Shown here piece by piece: positions 57,880 to 64,000 of a DNA stretch of 64,000 nt. Source of the stretch: Acidimicrobiia bacterium (GTDB lineage Bacteria > Actinomycetota > Acidimicrobiia > Spongiisociales > ZC4RG35); NCBI GenBank assembly GCA_965203555.1, contig CBDBCY010000004.1, positions 2,272,001-2,336,000 of the forward strand, in the 5' to 3' direction. Under the pieces are notes generated by a model that did not search any database, was not told where the DNA came from, and worked only from the letters and a program-made list of their open reading frames with translations. Each line of letters begins with the position of its first letter. The stretch's first letter is position 1. A program made the translations under genes and the position numbers.

Positions 57880-58198
57880 CGGGGTTGTCCAACCGGTATC
57901 TCACCGTCCCCCGTGATGACGATCATCCCCCCGTGATGACGATGCCCTGGCCGAGTCGGTGGTCGGCCTGTACAAAACCGAACTGATCCGCAACAAAGGA
58001 CCCTGGCGAGACCTCGACCACGTCGAGAATCGCCACCCTCGAAATGCGTGGACTGGTACACCTCCACCGAAGACTCCTCGAACCAATCGGAGACACACCG
58101 ACCCGCCGAAAAGGAGGCCAACCACTACAGTAAACCACCACCAACAACCGGAGAACTACTCACACAAAACACTCTCCGATGAACTCGGGGCGTTCACA
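57880..58198 (+). mobile_element. IS3-family right-end remnant
   Basis: DDALAESVVGLYKTELIRNKGPWRDLDHVE, then frameshifted ..VDWY..HRRLLEPIGD, then IRR-like TCTCCGATGAACTCGGGGCGTTCA; similar to 54105-54269. Left boundary approximate. Confidence 0.75.
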
Positions 58199-58269
58199 CC
58201 CGATCTGTGGATTGAGGCTGAATGACCCAGGATCGCCTTTTACCCAGATTCCGCGGGACGGGATCGCTT

Positions 58270-58704
58270 CTAATCTGGGCAGGCTCTTCTGTCGAGTACT
58301 GCGGCTTGTATCTCGTCCGCTATCGAATCCAGGTTCTGGTGTTCCCAGAATCTCAGAACCCGCCAACCGCCTTCGGTCAGCTGCTGGGTATGAAAACGAT
58401 CCCGCTCGACATTGGATTGGAGTTTGGCCGCCCACCACTCTCGGTTGGTCTTGGGCGAAGAGCGATGGTCAGGACAGGAGTGCCAGAAGCACCCGTCCAG
58501 GTAGACAGCGATCCGGAGGCGAGGAAAAGCTATGTCCGGTTTGGAGCGGGTGAGATGGGGGATGGGGAAGTTCACCCGATATCGCAGTCCCCGAGCGTGG
58601 AGGATACGACGTACTTTCAGTTCCAGCGGTGTGTCGGATCTCGGGGTGTTCTTCATACGTCGGCGGACCGCAGCCGAGACGGCGGATGGAGTTCGGGAGG
58701 ACAC
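58270..58704 (-). CDS. vsr: Very short patch repair endonuclease
   Basis: RRRM..DTPLELKVRRILHARGLRYR, KPDIAF, YLDGCFWHSCPDH, NVERD, GWRVLRFWEH. GTG 58704 just after the MTase stop. Confidence 0.92.
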   Translation of the reverse strand: MSSRTPSAVSAAVRRRMKNTPRSDTPLELKVRRILHARGLRYRVNFPIPHLTRSKPDIAFPRLRIAVYLDGCFWHSCPDHRSSPKTNREWWAAKLQSNVERDRFHTQQLTEGGWRVLRFWEHQNLDSIADEIQAAVLDRRACPD

Positions 58705-58708
58705 CTGG

Positions 58709-60055
58709 CTATCGGGGCCGGTCAGCCGCCAGCAACGACAAGGCGGCGGCATAGCCGAGGGGCATGGGAACCGCGTTGCCTATCCACTGAGCGACCCTGG
58801 TGCGAGAAGGGGGCTTTCGAGAATTGGTGACAAAGCAGTAGGTGTTCGGAAACCCCTGGATGCGGGCCCCTTCCCGGAGGGTCAGAGTTCGGCGTCGGGT
58901 CGGATGCACGTATCTCCCTCTGCCCGGTGACAGGAACCCAGTAGTGAGAGTGGGGGCGGGATGTTCTTCCCGCATCCTTCCATACACCGACCGGTAGCTG
59001 GTTCCGTTTCTGTGGCTGGGAGGACGTTCGGGGGGCGGCAGTTCGTAGCGGTCGTTGTCGAACAGCCAGTCAATCCGGGAGCGGTTCTCGTCGCTGAGTT
59101 CGGCAGGCTGGTCCAAGAAATGCGGGCCGGTCGCATCCTGAAGGTCTTTGATCGCCCACATGAGTGACCGTGGTCGGTCCTCGGCCAACATCTCGGCGAT
59201 GATGCCCAGAGGGATCGGCTGTTCATTCCGATGAGCCACCATGAAAAAACGCTGGCGGGTCTGTGGCCATCCCATGGCGTCGGCGGCCAGAATGCCGGAC
59301 TCCACCCGGTAGCCGGCCGATTCGAAGAGGGCGCGGGCGGTTTCCACCACCTGGGAACGGTCCCGTACCACTGCCGGGACGTTCTCGATGATTGCCATGC
59401 GGGCGTCGACGGCGGCAGTGAATGCGGGAACCGTCATATAGAGCTCGTTGCGCTTGTCTGTGCGGCGGGTGTGATTGTTGAGATTGGAATGACCCTGGCA
59501 AGGAGGACCGGCCATAATCAGGTCGATGCTTGCCAGCCTTTCGTTGATGTCCGGGTTTACGATTTCCGGTTCATAGACGAACGATGCCCTTTTGGCCCAC
59601 TCCTCTACTCTAAAGTCGATCAGGGCGGTCACCGACTCGGTGGATCGAAACCGGGTGCTGTGGTTTGCGGCGTAGACATCGGCGGCCTCTTCGTCCAGAT
59701 CGCAAATCAGCTCCGACACTAGAGCCGATCCCATCTCCGCTGCCAGTTGTTTGACACCCAGAGCCAGCCCTCCGATCCCGCAAAAGAGATCGACGGCACG
59801 AAGGACCCCCCGGCTGGGATTACGCGGTCGGGGCCTCGTTCCCTCTAGATAGGACCTCCACCAGTCACCCTTCGCATTGACGGTTTCGCTTGTTCCCCCT
59901 GGGAGGGATGCGCCGGAGAGGTCGATCCGCGACTCTATGTCCAGCACCCCCGTTCGCAGGGTGTGGATCAGTTCTCGGTCCCTCCGTACATAGGACTCCG
60001 GCTGGAAGCTACTTGCGGTGTCCTTGAAAACCGGGTCCGGCTGGTGCAGCGTCAT
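58709..60055 (-). CDS. DNA (cytosine-5)-methyltransferase
   Basis: Motif I DLFCGIGG, IV GPPCQGHS, VI IENV, VIII PQTRQRFF, IX LTLREGARIQGFP, X IGNAVP. ATG 60055 overlaps the upstream stop. Confidence 0.92.
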   Translation of the reverse strand: MTLHQPDPVFKDTASSFQPESYVRRDRELIHTLRTGVLDIESRIDLSGASLPGGTSETVNAKGDWWRSYLEGTRPRPRNPSRGVLRAVDLFCGIGGLALGVKQLAAEMGSALVSELICDLDEEAADVYAANHSTRFRSTESVTALIDFRVEEWAKRASFVYEPEIVNPDINERLASIDLIMAGPPCQGHSNLNNHTRRTDKRNELYMTVPAFTAAVDARMAIIENVPAVVRDRSQVVETARALFESAGYRVESGILAADAMGWPQTRQRFFMVAHRNEQPIPLGIIAEMLAEDRPRSLMWAIKDLQDATGPHFLDQPAELSDENRSRIDWLFDNDRYELPPPERPPSHRNGTSYRSVYGRMREEHPAPTLTTGFLSPGRGRYVHPTRRRTLTLREGARIQGFPNTYCFVTNSRKPPSRTRVAQWIGNAVPMPLGYAAALSLLAADRPR

Positions 60056-60765
60056 GTGGAGGGCTTCGTTTCGCCGGTTACTTCCCGGCGGAGTTCCCAT
60101 ATCAAATCGTGCGCCTCGTCCTCGGTGTATTGGTTTAGCAGGACGTTGGTCCAGGTCCGATTGAGGGCTCTGGCCAGAGCGCGTACGTCGCTGGTCAGCA
60201 TTCGATGATCGCATTGCATCTTCACCAGGGCACGGGTTACTGCCGGAACCGTGCCGGTTCTGGTTCTCAGTATGTGGCTTCGCCAGAAATCGGTGGATTG
60301 GGGGACGGCGCCGGCAAGGTGGGCGTGCTCCAAGCCACCCAAAGCGGCTACTCGCAAGTACATTCGGGTGAGAACGCACTCGGTGGAGTTTCTGCCGTTG
60401 ATGTACTTCATGTGGTTCCCTCTTTCGAAGGCTCCCTGCTCTCTCCAGGATATGAAATTCCAGAAGAACCGCAGACTGAGGTATCTCCAGAAACTCGGAT
60501 CATCCAGTATCGCTACCGGCACATCTTGCAGGGACTCGAAGAGGATTGGCGAAAGTTTGCCTTCAACCAGATCGCGATCCTTTTTCTCGGTGTGCCCGAC
60601 CCATTCCTGGTGAAATCGCCGTGACGCAGCACTGATTCTTTCCATATCGATGTCCTCTCCCGTTCCGAGCCATTTCGCCATGATGTCCACGGCCGGGGTG
60701 TGGCCGGCCAGCATTTCCTCGGCCGTCTCCCGACAGTCGGAGAGAGTCAATGTCGGATATCTCAT
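60052..60765 (-). CDS. Hypothetical protein, DUF6339-like
   Basis: 237 aa; DPSFWRYLS..ISWR..RN..LTRMYLR..RALARALNR pattern resembles DUF6339 as recalled; not search-confirmed. Confidence 0.55.
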   Translation of the reverse strand: MRYPTLTLSDCRETAEEMLAGHTPAVDIMAKWLGTGEDIDMERISAASRRFHQEWVGHTEKKDRDLVEGKLSPILFESLQDVPVAILDDPSFWRYLSLRFFWNFISWREQGAFERGNHMKYINGRNSTECVLTRMYLRVAALGGLEHAHLAGAVPQSTDFWRSHILRTRTGTVPAVTRALVKMQCDHRMLTSDVRALARALNRTWTNVLLNQYTEDEAHDLIWELRREVTGETKPST

Positions 60766-61751
60766 GATGTTCCTTCCCGCAAGGTGGACAAGAACTGTTT
60801 GCGGATGCCGATCTCCGCTTCGGCCATGGCTATCAGTTTTTGTGGATCGTCCGTCACCAGTCGCATGAGATGCTCCTGCTCCGACGGAGTGGTGGGCTTG
60901 GCGATCAGGCGAAGCACTCGCCCCAGGAGCGTCCCCTCCAGGTCGCTCCAGGTCTTGTCGCTGTCAGGTTCGGACCGGGAGGCCGAGGCATGGATGACGG
61001 CGGTTAAGAAATCACATGCCAGTTGGAACTGAACGGCGGCGCCGGCGGAGGATTTCTTGTGAATATTCAGCAGGTCGAGCAGGTCCTTGTCCACAAAGAA
61101 CCTGGGAGGATCCTGATCTTCGTAAGATTCCAGGGGATTGTGGCCTTCCATGTGGAGGTAACGCATGGTTCCGGGCGGAAGTTTGTGCTCTTTGCGGTCT
61201 TCTGGGGTGAGCGGTTCTGGCCTGAAGAGGCGATGGGACAGTTTGGTGGTTATGCGAAAGATGGCGCGGGCCAGCCAAGTGCCCTTGCGCCAAGGTTGGA
61301 GAGGTTGCGCGCCTATCGTCCGGTTCAGCAACAGATAGGTGGTGACCACTGCGCCGTTCACACCAGCGGTCAGAGCCCGCGGTCGGGGCGGCCGGTGCAG
61401 GTTCACGGTTGCAGGCAGGGAATCCAGATCTGAAAGTGGGCGATCGAAGACTACGTCACTGATCTTCAAGTAGGGACTGTTGATTGTGACTAGGAGAGAA
61501 AGAGCGGAGAGGTCAAGTCCGGCCTGGGAGACTCCTCCAGTCAAGTCTGCCCGGAATTGGTCCAGGGACTTTTCCTCGCTTCCCCAGTGGAGAACCGCTG
61601 TCTGTTGACCGAACCAGAGGGAGTCTTCCTGAAAAGTTATGCTGGATCCCGCTCGGCAGGTGTGTTCGCCAAACCCGACGGTGACATGGTCCAGTATCTG
61701 ACCGAGATCGATGCCCTCGAAAGGGCGGATCTCCCGTATTTCTCGATTCAA
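60762..61751 (-). CDS. Hypothetical protein (329 aa) in the methyltransferase operon
   Basis: Start and stop both overlap neighbouring genes (TTGA, ATGA); no motif recognised. Confidence 0.7.
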   Translation of the reverse strand: MNREIREIRPFEGIDLGQILDHVTVGFGEHTCRAGSSITFQEDSLWFGQQTAVLHWGSEEKSLDQFRADLTGGVSQAGLDLSALSLLVTINSPYLKISDVVFDRPLSDLDSLPATVNLHRPPRPRALTAGVNGAVVTTYLLLNRTIGAQPLQPWRKGTWLARAIFRITTKLSHRLFRPEPLTPEDRKEHKLPPGTMRYLHMEGHNPLESYEDQDPPRFFVDKDLLDLLNIHKKSSAGAAVQFQLACDFLTAVIHASASRSEPDSDKTWSDLEGTLLGRVLRLIAKPTTPSEQEHLMRLVTDDPQKLIAMAEAEIGIRKQFLSTLREGTS

Positions 61752-63630
61752 GAGGAGCTGCCTTCGACGATTTCCGCCTCAGCGTACAGCCGACCCGACC
61801 ACTCGGACCGATAAGCATCGGTGGTGTATTCGAAAACCCCTCGCTCGTGCTTAACCAGCTCTCCGAGGAAAACTCCTGGTCTCTTCCGATCCTCCACGAA
61901 TCCCGGATGCGGCGTTATTGAAGTTTCAACGGCTTCTCCGGGCTTCCCGTCCTCTAGGAATCTGTAGCGAATCGATACCGCTACCTTCGCCTTCTCCTCT
62001 TGGCAGTGTTCGCTGAGAGAGACTTTCACTGTCCCCTGCAGTGAAATGGCGCCTCCATCCGCCTCCTGCAATCTGTGGTCGAGATTGATGGTGACCGGTC
62101 GAGGCGGAGGCGGGGGAGGAGGAGGTGGCCCGGTCTTGTGGCCTGCCATCAATCTCCTCATGATCCTGTCGAAATGGGGAAGTTCAATGTGCTCGGAAGG
62201 GCGTTCAGGTGGTTGGAGCTGTTTGCGAAAGTTACGGAGGCGCCTTTTGATACCTTGCTTTATTTTTCGGGCCAGTTGGTAGGCTTCAGGGGGGACGGAG
62301 GAATCTCCCTCAGCCTTGGTCTGCCACAGATCGTGGGCGCTGGGCTCGGTGCCGCTGAGCAGCTCATCAACCTGATCGTGGGCTACAAAGGCACCGCGGG
62401 CGAAAGGGGCTGTTTGCCTCACCGACAGATACTCAACCACCATCCGCGGCTTTCGCATCAAAGCTATGATGCTTCGGTGCTCAATGGAGGGGTCATCTCC
62501 AGGGCCGGGAAAGGACCAGCCGTCGGGATCGGATACCAAACCCAGGATGCCTGCCTCGGAACCAGTTCTTATTGGATGTCTCCTGCCCATGCTAGGTACG
62601 GCGGTGGCGCCCGTGGCGATTTCATATGCGCCGATAAAGGTGTTCAAGTCAGGGTCTTTACGGGGACGGGGATAGAGACGTTTCCCATCTTCGGTGCGAA
62701 CGTAGGCGTTGAACCTGAGAGAGTGATCGGCGAGGGCTGGCCACCAATATCGTTCAATGGCTCTGACGAGGTCGATTGCGCATACTCTCGGCTCAACGAG
62801 CAGAAAGCTGGTTCCGGTACCTCTTTCCCGCGTTCCCGAAGGGGAGCGGATTGTCATTCCGAGAGACTTGGCTATCTGGTCGGCCTCGCGGTTAACGAAG
62901 GGTTCCGCATAGCCTGAATCCCCTACTCTTCCGAGACGGGCGAAGCCGGTGTAGCTCTGACTGTTCTTTTCATGCCGGGCCCAGTAGGTCATGCCGAGCA
63001 GGCGTCTGGTCACCCCGGGGTCGTCGGGCCGTTCCTTGAAGCAGGTGTAGGCCACCACCGTCCTGATAGCCGAGCTCTGGATCATCCCGGCCTTGCCGTA
63101 GCCGAAGGTCCCGCCCGATCCCCCACTCTTCTTGGTGTATCCCACGCTCACCATGCCCAGCCACAACTTAGAGCGGTCGTGCTGCCACGGTCCGTACATG
63201 CCTGTACTTCCCTTTTCCTCTATTAGCAGATAGGGAAGTACAGCTTTCGTGTCAGCCAGTCGATCGAGACAGGTCTTCTCCGCCAGCCCCACGGTTTTGG
63301 GTTCCATTCCGCGCAGATGCTCGGACAGTTCGGCCAACCCGAGGTTCTCTGTCAGGGAACGGCGTTCCCGGCCCTCAGCCCTCCTGAAAGAAAACCCTAT
63401 CTGGAAGTCGGGGGGGGGGCTTGGATGCCATCGCGCAGTTCGAGCGCCGCGTCCCAAGCGTTCTGAACGACTTCTCTGGCCAGGTAGACAGCTTGGAGCG
63501 GGGGAGGATTGACTGCCAAGACTCCGGGTGTATCAACCGGCTCATTTCGGAAGAGCTTGGATAGATCTCCGGAAACACCACTACGGTTGGGATCGGGCGT
63601 TTCCCAGGTCCAGCGGCGCACGATAGGCAA
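61748..63630 (-). CDS. GHKL/HATPase-fold ATPase split by a frameshift at a C10 tract (63410-63419)
   Basis: N-box LAREVVQNAWDA is in ORF 63397-63630; G1-like IEEKGSTGM and G2 GGSGGTFGYGKAG are in ORF 61748-63457. C11 or C8 would join them in frame. Confidence 0.75.
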
Positions 63631-64000
63631 TTCTAGTCAGAAGTCCTTTACTATAGAAAAGGATCCTTGTTAGGGTCGTCGTTGGTGACTTCTTATTGCT
63701 TTGGACCTGGATATGTTGCTGTTCCGCGATGGAGTCGGCCAAGGCGAAGAACTGGCCGGTGCTCTCCCTGCTCGGATGTGAGATATGCAATCCCCGACCT
63801 CTCACAGAAACGGGCCCCGTCTCACCGCGGGCCAAATCAGTTACCCGCCCGTCCAACAGGCCTGTCACATTTTAGGACTATGTGGATCACGCCGTGGATA
63901 TGGGACAACTTTGCGCAAATGACCCGATCTGCGAGGATATGGTTGGGGATTTCGTCGATGTTCCAGTGAGATAGCCTCTCCAGTAAATGGGAACGGTAAA

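Noticed and set aside
57908-57945. Short direct repeat CCCCCGTGATGACGAT x2 as a CRISPR or iteron
   Set aside because: Only two adjacent copies inside a decayed IS3 fragment; no spacers or cas genes. No CRISPR array, tRNA or rRNA was seen anywhere in the window.
60056-60379. 108-aa N-terminal extension of the methyltransferase in the ORF track
   Set aside because: It overlaps the DUF6339-like gene; ATG 60055 gives a standard ATGA coupling.
63631-64000. An additional upstream gene of the methyltransferase operon
   Set aside because: All three minus-strand frames contain stops and I recognise no motif; cannot be called from this window.

Overview
GC-rich bacterial DNA, probably actinobacterial (Acidimicrobiia-like); this is inferred from gene content (UdgB, SUF-Rieske, DUF222-HNH, lipoprotein-anchored binding proteins). 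Layout: (1) 1-20.2 kb, a cyclitol/sugar catabolic region (iolD, iolE-like, three Gfo/Idh/MocA enzymes, a sugar ABC transporter whose binding protein is an exact internal duplication, a DMFase-beta-like enzyme). (2) 20.2-32.8 kb, mostly housekeeping (udgB, a split SUF system with two sufC, fumC, an NCS2 permease with an extra cytoplasmic domain). (3) 33.0-36.5 kb, a nested mobile element: a TIR/TA-flanked unit carrying a DUF222-HNH gene, interrupted inside the HNH motif by an IS110 whose left end reads as a bridge RNA matching its own target and donor sites. (4) 37.4-54.1 kb, a 14-gene, largely translationally coupled operon resembling an N-heterocycle degradation pathway, containing a CBASS Cap6/TRIP13-like AAA+ ATPase with no HORMA or CD-NTase partner in view. 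(5) 54.1-58.2 kb, a GOLPH3/GPP34-cytochrome P450 fusion plus acyltransferase between two IS3 remnants. (6) 58.3-63.6 kb, a five-gene GHKL-ATPase / unknown / DUF6339-like / C5-methyltransferase / Vsr operon with a poly-C frameshift in the ATPase, a candidate uncharacterised defence system. All family calls come from reading motifs by eye; no database searches were run.
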